Positions 16,293 to 25,104 of a stretch of 36,917 bases of DNA are shown one piece after another; position 1 is the first letter of the stretch; each line of letters starts with the position of its first letter. The position numbers were made by a program, and so were the translations under genes. The stretch lies in the IMG/VR virus record IMGVR_UViG_3300021404_000007, positions 64,001 through 100,917 of that record; one strand, written 5' to 3'. The notes under the pieces were generated by a model, which was given only the letters and a program-made list of their open reading frames with translations, was not told the origin of the DNA and did not search any database. The stretch is from a virus (Duplodnaviria > Heunggongvirae > Uroviricota > Caudoviricetes).

Positions 16293-16741
16293 CTAAGCGC
16301 CTTGCCCATCACCCGCCACATCACCATGCCGCGGTAGCGGGTTAGGTCCACATATGGATCGCCGAGGCGGTGCGAGAGCCCGCTGGCCCGGCTGTACGTC
16401 ACGTAGTACGCATCGCCGTTGCGCAGCGTGATGGTCTGGCCCTGCGCGGCGGCGCCCCAGGCGATGGCGGTGGCCAGGTTGTTCTCGGCCAGCGTCTCCT
16501 GCGGGTTGGGCGCGTAGCTGTGCAGGATCAGCGTCATGTCCCACAGGTACCAGTTGGGCCGCTGGCTGCCGCCGCCGGACTGCAGGCGCAGGAACTCGGT
16601 CACGCTCACCTGGTTGGGCGCGGGCTGCGGGTTGCGGGTGACGACCGGGATGGACATCAGCGGGCTGAAGTAGGCCGCGCCGAGGGATTCGATGGGCGGC
16701 GGCTGGGTGACGGGGAACGGGGTGGCGGCCGGTGCGGTCAT
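16289..16741 (-). CDS. Tail terminator protein (150 aa)
   Basis: Start MTAPAATPF at 16741 (ATGA overlap). Last connector gene before the MTP, with FLRLQSGGG and DPYVDLTRYR motifs. Confidence 0.8.
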   Translation of the reverse strand: MTAPAATPFPVTQPPPIESLGAAYFSPLMSIPVVTRNPQPAPNQVSVTEFLRLQSGGGSQRPNWYLWDMTLILHSYAPNPQETLAENNLATAIAWGAAAQGQTITLRNGDAYYVTYSRASGLSHRLGDPYVDLTRYRGMVMWRVMGKALS

Positions 16742-17226
16742 ATCTCCTCCTCGCCGACTTCCTCGACGACGCGCGCGATCTCGGACGCGGTGACCTCCTC
16801 GCCGGGGGCGTCCTCGTCTTCCTCGATCTTGGGGTCGGAGCCGACCATGGCAGCCGCCACCATGAGTGTCGCGTGTGCGGCGTCGTCCACCTTGGCCTTG
16901 TAGTTGGCGGGCAGCACCAGCACCTGCGGGCGGGTGAAGCCGGGTGTGTCCATGTAAATGGAGGTGTAGACCGCGCCCTCGGTAATGGCCATGCCGTTGG
17001 CGATGTCCGCCACCTTCTGCCCGCGTGCGCGCAGCGCGTCCCGCACGTACTGCTCGCGCAGCATGGCCTCGAAGACGGCCGGGTCCAGCTTGATGTAGTG
17101 ACCGTTGCCCACGTCCATCGGGTGCGCGTCGACCTCGATCTCCTCGTCCGGGGCAATCGTGCCGTCGCCCCAGGACGCGGTATCGGAGATTGCCGGGGCA
17201 TCGCCCCACGCCGGGCCGTCGGTCAT
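16738..17226 (-). CDS. Neck/head-tail joining protein (162 aa)
   Basis: Start MTDGPAWGD at 17226 (ATGA overlap). Position between stopper and terminator; ends with an A(K)VDDAAHATL motif and an acidic tail. Confidence 0.7.
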   Translation of the reverse strand: MTDGPAWGDAPAISDTASWGDGTIAPDEEIEVDAHPMDVGNGHYIKLDPAVFEAMLREQYVRDALRARGQKVADIANGMAITEGAVYTSIYMDTPGFTRPQVLVLPANYKAKVDDAAHATLMVAAAMVGSDPKIEEDEDAPGEEVTASEIARVVEEVGEEEI

Positions 17227-17633
17227 GTCACCCGCCGCAGCTTGACGATGCCGCCGAACAGCGCGAGCAGCCACGGCCACGGGCCGGTGCGCTCGTCGCT
17301 CGGCACGCCGTCGACCCAGAACGCGATGCCGCTGTCGCTGACCCAGGTGCCGGTGTCGTCGAAGTCCGGGTAGAGGTACACCAGGTCGTCCGGGTCGTAC
17401 ACCGTGGGGTCGGCCACCGAGATATGGATGGTGGTCTCGGTGCGCAGCAGGTAGTCCGGGCTGATCACCTCGCGGCTGGAACCGCGCCGGCCAAACTGCG
17501 TGATGGACATGACCTTGCGCATCACCGGCGTGCCCACCACCAGCGGCGGGTTGTTGTGGTCGTCCAGCGGCCCGTTCGGGTCGATGGCACGCGGGACATG
17601 CACCACCGGCCACGGTGAGGCGATGATGCTCAC
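17223..17633 (-). CDS. Head-to-tail stopper (136 aa)
   Basis: Synteny plus a LDDHNNP...FWVDGVPSDERTGPW...KLRRVT pattern. Confidence 0.8.
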   Translation of the reverse strand: MSIIASPWPVVHVPRAIDPNGPLDDHNNPPLVVGTPVMRKVMSITQFGRRGSSREVISPDYLLRTETTIHISVADPTVYDPDDLVYLYPDFDDTGTWVSDSGIAFWVDGVPSDERTGPWPWLLALFGGIVKLRRVT

Positions 17634-18295
17634 TTCACACCCGGTATGCGGTACGGCGCCAGCCGGTTCTTCTGGTTGGTGGTCAGGCTGCCCACCGTCC
17701 CGGTGCCGCTCTCGCCATTGGCGCCGCCCGCGCCCAGCACCAGCCGGAAGCCGGGGGAGGCGACCTCCTTCACGTTGGTGCTGCTGGGCAGCGTGGCGCC
17801 AGCACTGCCGCCGACCGAGCCGCCGCCGCTGGCCTGCACCGTCTCGAAGGCGACCTGCTTGATGTCCTCCGGCACCGCCGGGTAGCCGTGCGTGAGGGTG
17901 ACGGTGGCGATGCCGCCGTTGCTCATCGGCAGGTAGTACGGGCCCGGCTCGTAGTAGTAACCGGCGTACCAGGCCGAGCCGAAGAAGGCTTGGCCGATGG
18001 GCTGGATGAAGCCCTGCTGGAACCAGACGTAGGACGACGGGTCCAGCAGCTGTGGGTCCTGCTGCGGGTTGGCCTGCACGTACACCGCGGCGACATCGGT
18101 GACGTAGAGCGAGGGCAGCATGATGACGCCCTGCTGGCCGATAGGAACCTTCTGCAGCGTCTCCGTCACGCTGGGCGCGATGTGCCAGCCGCAGTAGGTC
18201 CGTATCGTTGCGCCCGCGCTGCGCATCAGGTAGTCCGGATCGCCGCTGATGAAGGCGGTCCAGTCGGGGTCCTGCACGCTCAGTAGGTCCTGCAC
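17630..18295 (-). CDS. Head-to-tail adaptor (221 aa)
   Basis: Motifs ATIRTYCGWHIAP, IMLPSLYVTDV and LTHGYPAVPEDI, ending LAPYRI; typical actinophage adaptor. Confidence 0.88.
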   Translation of the reverse strand: MQDLLSVQDPDWTAFISGDPDYLMRSAGATIRTYCGWHIAPSVTETLQKVPIGQQGVIMLPSLYVTDVAAVYVQANPQQDPQLLDPSSYVWFQQGFIQPIGQAFFGSAWYAGYYYEPGPYYLPMSNGGIATVTLTHGYPAVPEDIKQVAFETVQASGGGSVGGSAGATLPSSTNVKEVASPGFRLVLGAGGANGESGTGTVGSLTTNQKNRLAPYRIPGVK

Positions 18296-18320
18296 GGGCT
18301 ACCTCTTTCGACGGCAGGAT

Positions 18321-18680
18321 CTATTGTGCGTCGTCCTGCTCCAACAAGTCGATCAAATCGGCCTTACGGGCAGCCGATGCATAGTCGATGCCGCGTGTGT
18401 CGAGCTCGGCTTTGAGTTCGGCCACGGTCATGGACTCGTACGCGGCGTCCTCGGCACCCTCCACACCCACATCCCCGTTGGGTTCATCCACATCCCCGTT
18501 GGGTTCGTCGGTGTCGTCGGGTGCGTCGGGCTCAACCTCCTCGTCGGGTTGCGCGCCCTCATCCGCAGGCGGCGCTACTGGCGGCTCCGGTGCCTCATCC
18601 TGCCAGTAGCGCCCCACCGCCGCCGCTGCCTCCTCGGGAGTCAGCGACGCGGGGGGAAACGCCTCTCGAACTTCGGCCAT
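18321..18680 (-). CDS. Acidic protein with C-terminal HeH/Rho-N/LEM-like domain (119 aa)
   Basis: Start MAEVREAF at 18680 (TAATG overlap with the MCP stop). C-terminus YESMTVAELKAELDTRGIDYASAARKADLIDLLE. Confidence 0.8.
   Translation of the reverse strand: MAEVREAFPPASLTPEEAAAAVGRYWQDEAPEPPVAPPADEGAQPDEEVEPDAPDDTDEPNGDVDEPNGDVGVEGAEDAAYESMTVAELKAELDTRGIDYASAARKADLIDLLEQDDAQ
18467..18506. repeat. 21-nt-period tandem duplication (encodes EPNGDVD twice)
   Basis: CCACATCCCCGTTGGGTTC at 18467-18485 and at 18488-18506. Confidence 0.9.
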
Positions 18681-20137
18681 TAGAACGTCGGTGCGGTCAG
18701 GCCGGTGATCTCGACGACCGACTGCGGGTACCGCGCAGCCGAGAAGGCGAGGTAGTTGTAGATCTGCAGGAGGACCGTCAGGTTGGCGGCCTTGGTCTCC
18801 GGCAGCACGCGGGCACGCACGCCCGACTCCCACAACACGATGTCCGATGCACGCAGCACGTAGATCGGGTCTTCGTTGGTGCCGGTGCCCAGGTTCGTCT
18901 CCAAGTTTGGATCGGTGACGACTGGCAACCCGTGCATCTGGCCGACCACTTGCTGGCTGGCCACGTCGGTGAGGATACCGGCGGCGTTGAACGGGTTGTT
19001 GGCGGCGGGCAGGAACAGCGGGCGCTGTTGCCCGTCCAGCAGCGAGAGGAACCAGCCCCACCGGCGCGGGTGCATCACGATCACCTCGGGCGGCAGGAAG
19101 CGGGTGGTGTGCACGGTTTGGATCGCGTTGGCAATCGCCGAGTACACGCCCGCCGTGGTCACGGCGCTGGCCGGTACCGAACCGATGTTCGGGGTCAACC
19201 GCACGCCGAGCACCTGGCCGTTGGCGCCGGTACCGGAGAGGCACTGGCGGTCGGTCTGGCTGGCGTGGTCTGCCACCAGGTCACGGAACACCACGTCATC
19301 GAACGCGATCGGGCTCTGGTCGATGAGCTGGATGGCCACACCCTGCTGGCCGCTGATCGTCCGCACGGGTGCGTTGATGAAGGTGTCCGTCAGGTCCACG
19401 TCGGCAACAGGCGCGTTGTCGGCGGTCTGGATGGCCGTGCTGGTACCGGTCAGCAACTTCGGGATGTTGATGCTGTCGGTTCCACCGGGCAACGGCTGGC
19501 GCTGCACCAGGTTGGCGAATGCCCGGCCCGGACGTGCCAGCTCAATGTACTGGTTCATCAGCCACGCGGGCGGGACGGCGTAGCCACCGCTGCCGTCCAC
19601 CCGGGACAGGTCGCGGAACTCCTTGTAGTCCGGGCTGGTGCGCACGTCCTGGGCGTGCCGCATCAGGCGTTCCCGGGACTCGCCGGTGTCGTCGATGTTC
19701 AGCGTCAGCTTGATGAGGTCCTGCATGTAGGACCGGCGCGGGTCGCCCTTCTGGTAGATCTCCTGCTCCTTGACCCGAGTAACCGTGTTCTCGGCCTCGC
19801 GGATCGCGACCAGGTTGCGGGTGATGCTGCCGGTGCGCTCGACCTCGGCGCGCGTCTCCTCGATGCGCTCGTCCAGGCCGGTGATGTCGTCGCCGAGCTC
19901 CTTCATCTGCTTGGTGTAGTTGCGCAGCTCGATGTCCTCCTGGACGTTCAGGGTGGGACGCCCGGCGCTGCGTGCCTCAAGCAGCACCGCCTCGGCCTTC
20001 TCCTGAATGCCCTCGCGCTGGCGCGCAAGCTGGCCACGGCGCTGCAGCATCCGCTTCAGGTAAGCCTCCAGGCCACCGGCGGGGTTGAGTGGATCGCGGT
20101 CCTCGGGTACGTCGAGGCGGTCCTCGATAATGGTCAT
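18680..20137 (-). CDS. HK97-fold major capsid protein with N-terminal delta/scaffold coiled coil (485 aa)
   Basis: RBS GAAGGA then ATG at 20137. Motifs GGYAVPP, SINIPK, GVAIQLIDQS, IVMHPRRW and GLPVVTDPN. Confidence 0.96.
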   Translation of the reverse strand: MTIIEDRLDVPEDRDPLNPAGGLEAYLKRMLQRRGQLARQREGIQEKAEAVLLEARSAGRPTLNVQEDIELRNYTKQMKELGDDITGLDERIEETRAEVERTGSITRNLVAIREAENTVTRVKEQEIYQKGDPRRSYMQDLIKLTLNIDDTGESRERLMRHAQDVRTSPDYKEFRDLSRVDGSGGYAVPPAWLMNQYIELARPGRAFANLVQRQPLPGGTDSINIPKLLTGTSTAIQTADNAPVADVDLTDTFINAPVRTISGQQGVAIQLIDQSPIAFDDVVFRDLVADHASQTDRQCLSGTGANGQVLGVRLTPNIGSVPASAVTTAGVYSAIANAIQTVHTTRFLPPEVIVMHPRRWGWFLSLLDGQQRPLFLPAANNPFNAAGILTDVASQQVVGQMHGLPVVTDPNLETNLGTGTNEDPIYVLRASDIVLWESGVRARVLPETKAANLTVLLQIYNYLAFSAARYPQSVVEITGLTAPTF

Positions 20138-20162
20138 TTGGGATTCCTTCGATGAGAAAAGG

Positions 20163-20251
20163 TGGCACGGCCCCATGACCGCAAGACGGCGGCCTTGACC
20201 GATGTGAACGAGACGCCCGCGGGACCGTGCCGGTTGGTGGGGGCCGTGCCA
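20163..20251. other. 12-bp inverted repeat enclosing a structured leader upstream of the MCP gene
   Basis: TGGCACGGCCCC (20163-20174) pairs with GGGGCCGTGCCA (20240-20251). A near-copy GGGACCGTGCC lies at 20221-20231. Confidence 0.6.
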
Positions 20252-20303
20252 GCCTCGCCCACCACGTCTGGAAGGAAATCTTGCGCGCGCTATGCCCCGG
20301 CAA

Positions 20304-21629
20304 TCAAGCCGACACGCCAGCGCGCCGCGCCTCAACCTTGCGCCGGATCAGGTCGCGCATCACCCACGCCCTGCCATCCGCGTGCCGGTACGGCTCATAC
20401 AGCGGCTTGTTGCGTTCGCCGTCGCGGTCCCAGCCGGGGCTGTCGGCCACCGCGTCGATGTACTTCTCGGCCTGGGTGTTGTGCTCGAAGGCGTAGACGC
20501 AGCCCTTGAGCCGCCGCGCCTTGGAGAGGGTGCGCACCACCGTGGTGAAGGCCACGTCCTCCCAGCCCCAGCCGATGAACTCGGAGGGCTGGCCGCCCAG
20601 CCGCCACCACTCCTTGGTGCTGGCGACGATGCAGCCGCCCACGCCCGCCACGCCGTCGCCGTCCCAGGTGTTGACGTAGGGCACGCTGGCCAGCTCTGCC
20701 AGCGGGTAGTCCAGGTACTGCGGCAGCAGGATGCGGTATTTGGTGAACGGCCACCAGACCCCCACCGGGTCGGCCACCGCGCGCAGGATGTTCAGCGGGT
20801 CGCACAGCGTGTCGGCGTCGGACACCACCACCACGTCCGTCTTGGCTTTGCTGACGGCGTTGTTGCGCGCCTGTGCCAGCGAGAAGATCTCGGTGTCGCT
20901 GTCGGCGGTCACCACCGGCCAGCCGAACATCTTCCAGAACCGCTGCACCCGGTCGAACGCCGCCAGCCGAGAGGGGGTGGGGCGCCACGGGATGCAGACG
21001 GTGGCCCGCAGTTGCTTGCCCAGCTCCGGCAGTACCATCGCCGGTTGCGCCAGGTCCAGCGTGCCGGTGGGGATGGGCCAGCCGCGCTTGCCGGTGGCGA
21101 AGACCAGCAGGTTCTGCCGGTACCACCACTCCACCCGCTGGTCCCACCACAGGTGCTCCCGCAGCATGTCGAACGGGTGGTAGCCGTGCTGGGCGAACAG
21201 CTTGGCCCAATAGGACGGCCACTGCTCGTTGACGTGGCCGCAGCCGCCTTGACCGGGCACCGCTGCGGAGAACACCACCACGTCGGCGTGCTTGCACAGG
21301 CTGGCCACCAGCGTCTTGGCGTGCCGCGCCCGCAGGTGCTCGCCCACTTCCAGGCACAGCGCCATGTCGAACCGGCGTCCCAGGTCCAGCGGCTTGGTCA
21401 GGTCGCGCGGCAGAAACCGGTCTGCCGGGATGCGCAGCTGGCGGCGCGGCACGTAGTCGCCGTCCACCCCGACCGACTGCGGCCACTGCGCCGCCCAGGT
21501 GCCGACGCCGCAGCCCACGTCGAGGACGGTGATGGGGTGCAGCAGCCGGTTGAGCAGGGGCGCCACCACGGCAGCGGACGCCGCCGAGCCACCGGCCTGC
21601 CAGCCGTACCAGTCGGCGTCGTAGGTCAC
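20304..21629 (-). CDS. Fusion of class I SAM-dependent methyltransferase (N-term) and GT-A glycosyltransferase of GT2/GT7-like type (C-term), 441 aa
   Basis: MTase motif I VLDVGCGVG plus CLEVGEH and SAAVPGQGGCGHVNEQ. GT half has VCIPWR, ARNNAV, DAD (DxD) and FIGWGWED. Confidence 0.88.
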   Translation of the reverse strand: MTYDADWYGWQAGGSAASAAVVAPLLNRLLHPITVLDVGCGVGTWAAQWPQSVGVDGDYVPRRQLRIPADRFLPRDLTKPLDLGRRFDMALCLEVGEHLRARHAKTLVASLCKHADVVVFSAAVPGQGGCGHVNEQWPSYWAKLFAQHGYHPFDMLREHLWWDQRVEWWYRQNLLVFATGKRGWPIPTGTLDLAQPAMVLPELGKQLRATVCIPWRPTPSRLAAFDRVQRFWKMFGWPVVTADSDTEIFSLAQARNNAVSKAKTDVVVVSDADTLCDPLNILRAVADPVGVWWPFTKYRILLPQYLDYPLAELASVPYVNTWDGDGVAGVGGCIVASTKEWWRLGGQPSEFIGWGWEDVAFTTVVRTLSKARRLKGCVYAFEHNTQAEKYIDAVADSPGWDRDGERNKPLYEPYRHADGRAWVMRDLIRRKVEARRAGVSA

Positions 21630-21805
21630 TGCACGGGCATGTCGTAGCAGACGGCGATGTTGCGGTACCGGGTGCCACCGGAGGAGGTCTCATTGGCCAT
21701 GTTCAGGCAGATCTTCTCGGCGTCCTTCTGTGACATGGGGGCGGTCACCCGCTGCATCCACACGGTGCCGGTCCACTCGTCGCAGCGGACCTGGTATTGC
21801 CTCAC
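21626..21805 (-). CDS. Small hypothetical protein (59 aa)
   Basis: Manual translation MRQYQVRCDEWTGTVWMQRV...CYDMPVQ. GTGA overlaps at both ends fill the gap exactly. Confidence 0.65.
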   Translation of the reverse strand: MRQYQVRCDEWTGTVWMQRVTAPMSQKDAEKICLNMANETSSGGTRYRNIAVCYDMPVQ

Positions 21806-23631
21806 GCCAGTTGCCGCAAGTACCCTGCCGCCTGGTCGAGCGTGGGCAGATCAGGCAGTTCGCCTTCCTTGCGCAGCTCGCGCAGCCGGTCGTCCACATT
21901 CAGGGTGATCTGCTCGTCGCCCATGCCGTCCACGTCGTCCTCGTCGTCGTGCACGTCATCCACCTGCTGCGGCGGGTTGGCCATGGCGCGCTGGTCGTCC
22001 TCGTCGTCGTCCGGCTCGTCGTCGTCCGGCTCCTCGCCCTTGGCGCGCAGGTGCGAGCCGTTCTGGAAGTTCGGCACGAAGGTGCCGGCGCCGGTATCTC
22101 CCGGTCCCGGCACCGGCACGTCTCCGGCGTGCGGGCTGGCCGCCACATGCAAGGTGTCCAGTGCGGGCATGTTGGCCGGGTTGACCTCGGTCTGTCCCGG
22201 CTGCGGTGCGTCGGTGGTGTACGGGGCGTAGTGCGGATCCGGGTTGTCGCCCAGCGGCTGCCAGTCGTATCCGGGTCCGGCCCAGCCGCGCCCGCTGCCC
22301 TGGATCGGGGCACCGGGTGTGGGTGAGCTGACGAACTGGCCCGACTGCCGGAAGGAGGGCAGCGGCACCCGGCTGCCGTCGCTCATCACCGCGACCAGGG
22401 TGGTGCCCCCGGTCATGCTGCGCACCGCCTCGACGGCGCACACGTCGGCGTTGTTGATGCCGGGATCGATCATGCGCGGCACCACGTCCACGTAGGCGGC
22501 GGCGACCGCCTTGTCCTCGCTCACGTCGTGCCCATGCTCCTTCATCGCCGCCTTGATCTTGCTCTTGATCGACGCCAGCTGCTCGGCGGTGTAACCCTTC
22601 TGGTTCTTGGGCATGTTGATGTAGCTCCACGCGGCCTGCACATGGGCCTCGTCGATGGGGTAGCGCTTCACCCCGTTGCCGTCGTGCGCCTGCTTGCCGT
22701 CCGGGCCCAGGTAGCCCGGGTCCGCGTACTTCACGTTGCCGTACTTGCCGGTGGCCCGGTCGTTGGCGCACGTCACGCACTGCCCCTCGTACAGCAGGTG
22801 GCTGCCGTCGAAGTTGACCATGGTGCCGCGCTTGCCGTCGTCGTCCTCGTTGTCGTCGTCGGCTTTGCCGCCGCCCTTCTTGAACGGTGCGGCCTTCTTA
22901 CCGGCGAAGGCCTTCTCCTCCTCGTCGTCCGGCTCGTCCTCGTCGGCGCCGGTAGCGCGCCAGGCCCGCTGCAGCGTCTGCAGGGCGTCGAGCAGTTGGG
23001 TGCGGTCCATCTTGCGCACCTCCAACAGGCCCTCGTTGGACAGGCTGGCCAGCGCGCCCACCGCGTCGGTGGACATGATGGCGTGCGTGTTCGGGTTCAT
23101 CCCGTAGTTGACCACCGAGACATCGCCCTTCTGCAGGCTCAGCTCGGTGATCATCCGGTGGCTGAAGCTGTCGTTCCACTGCTGGTCCTTGACCCGGAAG
23201 GAGAAGGACATCTCGTCCAGCAGCGGCTTGCGGGCCTCAGTGCTCTGCATCTTGGGCGCAATGCGCTGCACGTCCGGGTCGTTCGGGTCCAGCAGTGCCC
23301 GCATCTTCAGCCCGCGGCTGTCGGTGCTGAGGAACAGGTTGCCGCTCTTGGTCCGGGCCAGCGGCAGCCCCTCGTGGTTGACCAGCAGCATCAGGTCCGG
23401 GCTCTCGGCCAGCGTGCGGTCCATGGCACGCTTGTCCAGCTGCTCCACCCAGCCGCCGCGCTCCGGGCCGCCGTAGCAGTCGTACGGCTCCCAGGTGGCG
23501 GCGTACCCCTCCATCACCAGTTGGCCGCTGGCCGCGTCCTTGCGCAGTTCCAGCGGTTGGGCCAGCGCACGGCGCTCCGGAACGTCGATCAGCTTCAGGC
23601 GATTGCGGTGGTCCATGGTGTCCTCTTTCAT
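21802..23631 (-). CDS. HK97-family prohead (capsid maturation) protease fused to extra domains and an acidic scaffold-like tail (609 aa)
   Basis: Motifs MEGYAATW, LLVNHEGLPLART (His), EMSFSF (Ser) and DVSVV. Alternative start at 23616 (RBS AGAGG). Confidence 0.92.
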   Translation of the reverse strand: MKEDTMDHRNRLKLIDVPERRALAQPLELRKDAASGQLVMEGYAATWEPYDCYGGPERGGWVEQLDKRAMDRTLAESPDLMLLVNHEGLPLARTKSGNLFLSTDSRGLKMRALLDPNDPDVQRIAPKMQSTEARKPLLDEMSFSFRVKDQQWNDSFSHRMITELSLQKGDVSVVNYGMNPNTHAIMSTDAVGALASLSNEGLLEVRKMDRTQLLDALQTLQRAWRATGADEDEPDDEEEKAFAGKKAAPFKKGGGKADDDNEDDDGKRGTMVNFDGSHLLYEGQCVTCANDRATGKYGNVKYADPGYLGPDGKQAHDGNGVKRYPIDEAHVQAAWSYINMPKNQKGYTAEQLASIKSKIKAAMKEHGHDVSEDKAVAAAYVDVVPRMIDPGINNADVCAVEAVRSMTGGTTLVAVMSDGSRVPLPSFRQSGQFVSSPTPGAPIQGSGRGWAGPGYDWQPLGDNPDPHYAPYTTDAPQPGQTEVNPANMPALDTLHVAASPHAGDVPVPGPGDTGAGTFVPNFQNGSHLRAKGEEPDDDEPDDDEDDQRAMANPPQQVDDVHDDEDDVDGMGDEQITLNVDDRLRELRKEGELPDLPTLDQAAGYLRQLA

Positions 23632-24950
23632 CGTCGGGCGTAGCCGTTTCCGTTCGGCGGGTATGGGTAGTATCCGGCGGCGACCTGGGTGTCCTGCTCA
23701 CCACCGGCAATGGGCTCGCTATCCGGCCGCTCCGCTGGCGGCTTGGTGGGCAGCGGCGCACCGGGCGCGGCGGGCATGAAGCCGAGCGGCGCGTAGTTGA
23801 CCGGCTGCAGGTAGATGTCGCCGGTCTTGCCGATGGGCTCCAACTGCTCGCGGTTGCGCACCTCGTTCACGTTCAGCCAGCCGCTGTGGATGGCCTGGTC
23901 GTAGGCGGCGTAGCGGGTCTTGATGTCCCCGCGCAGCAGGTTGTTGTAGTCGAACCGGACGTACTGGCCGCTGGGCAGCAGGGAGGAGAACACGGATTCG
24001 ATGGGCGACGTCCAGCCCCGGAAGGTGTAGGTGATGGCGCCTATCGTCTGCTGCTCGATGCCGGTGCCCCAGCTGGTGGACTTCTCCACGTCGCCGATCA
24101 TGTGCGGCGGTATCCCGTACATCATCGCGATGTCGCCGCGCTGGAACCGGCGGGTTTCCAGGAACTGGCTCTCATCCGGCGAGATGGTCAGGTTCTGCCA
24201 CTTGAAGCCGCCGGTGAGGATGGCCGGCAGTCGCCGCCCGCCGTGGGTGGCGATCCACGCCTGCTGCTGGCGCGTCACCGCCGCGTCGTCCAGGTCCTGA
24301 TCGGTCATCAGCATCCCGCTGGGGTTCGCGCTCTCGCGGAAGTAGCGATAGCCGTACTCCTCGGCAGCCAGCCCCATGCCAATGGCGACCGCCGCCTGGC
24401 GCACCGGGCTCAGCCCCCACGGCTCGCCCGGCATGGTGAAGCGGCGGATGTGCACCATGTCCTCTTCCGGCACCCGCTGGCCCATCACCCGGTAGATCGG
24501 GTCGAACCACATCAGGATGTCCGGCCTGCGTTCCAGGAACACCGAGTCCGGGTGCAGCGGCAGCAGCGCGGTGGGCCGCATCAGCTTGTCCCAGCTGGTC
24601 ACCATGCCGTAGAAGTTGCCGCGCAGCGCCAGCGACGCCACCATCTGCCACTTGTACTCGAACAGGTCGAAGCCTGGGAAGGGCTGGCGCAGAATGGCCG
24701 GTTGCGGGTTGACCTCGACCGGCACCCCGTTGCCGTCCCGCCGGTACGCCTTCCACGGCAGGCTGGCGATGGTGTCGGCCAACAGCCGCACGCAGGCCAT
24801 GACGGTGAGGTTGGACATGGCGCGATGCACGCCCACGTAGTCGTCCAGCACGCCCACGGCTGGCGGCGGCACGAAGTTGGACGACGTCAGGGTGCGCTGC
24901 TCCGCAACCCCTGCCGATGGCCGTTGCACCAGGCGGCCCAGGATGCTCAT
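23628..24950 (-). CDS. HK97-family portal protein (440 aa)
   Basis: Start MSILGRL at 24950. Motifs ACVRLLADTIASLP, LALRGNFY, GLSPV, QFLETRRF, AMMYGIPPHMIG and LNVNEVR. Confidence 0.96.
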   Translation of the reverse strand: MSILGRLVQRPSAGVAEQRTLTSSNFVPPPAVGVLDDYVGVHRAMSNLTVMACVRLLADTIASLPWKAYRRDGNGVPVEVNPQPAILRQPFPGFDLFEYKWQMVASLALRGNFYGMVTSWDKLMRPTALLPLHPDSVFLERRPDILMWFDPIYRVMGQRVPEEDMVHIRRFTMPGEPWGLSPVRQAAVAIGMGLAAEEYGYRYFRESANPSGMLMTDQDLDDAAVTRQQQAWIATHGGRRLPAILTGGFKWQNLTISPDESQFLETRRFQRGDIAMMYGIPPHMIGDVEKSTSWGTGIEQQTIGAITYTFRGWTSPIESVFSSLLPSGQYVRFDYNNLLRGDIKTRYAAYDQAIHSGWLNVNEVRNREQLEPIGKTGDIYLQPVNYAPLGFMPAAPGAPLPTKPPAERPDSEPIAGGEQDTQVAAGYYPYPPNGNGYARR

Positions 24951-25069
24951 ACCGTTACAACGGTCCAGTCCTGGACGTGGCCCCGGTCGCACTGCCAGTT
25001 GTCATCGTCCACCCGCGTGTACTCAATCGGTCCGGTGCGGCCCTCGGCCTCGCATTGGGTGCACTTCAT
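24947..25069 (-). CDS. Small Zn-ribbon-like protein (40 aa)
   Basis: MKCTQCEAEG...WQCDRGH (CxxC...CxxxH). RBS GAAGGG; ATGA overlap with the portal start. Confidence 0.6.
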   Translation of the reverse strand: MKCTQCEAEGRTGPIEYTRVDDDNWQCDRGHVQDWTVVTV

Positions 25070-25104
25070 CGCTAACCCTTCGTCTACTGCGGCGGATTGT
25101 CCCA

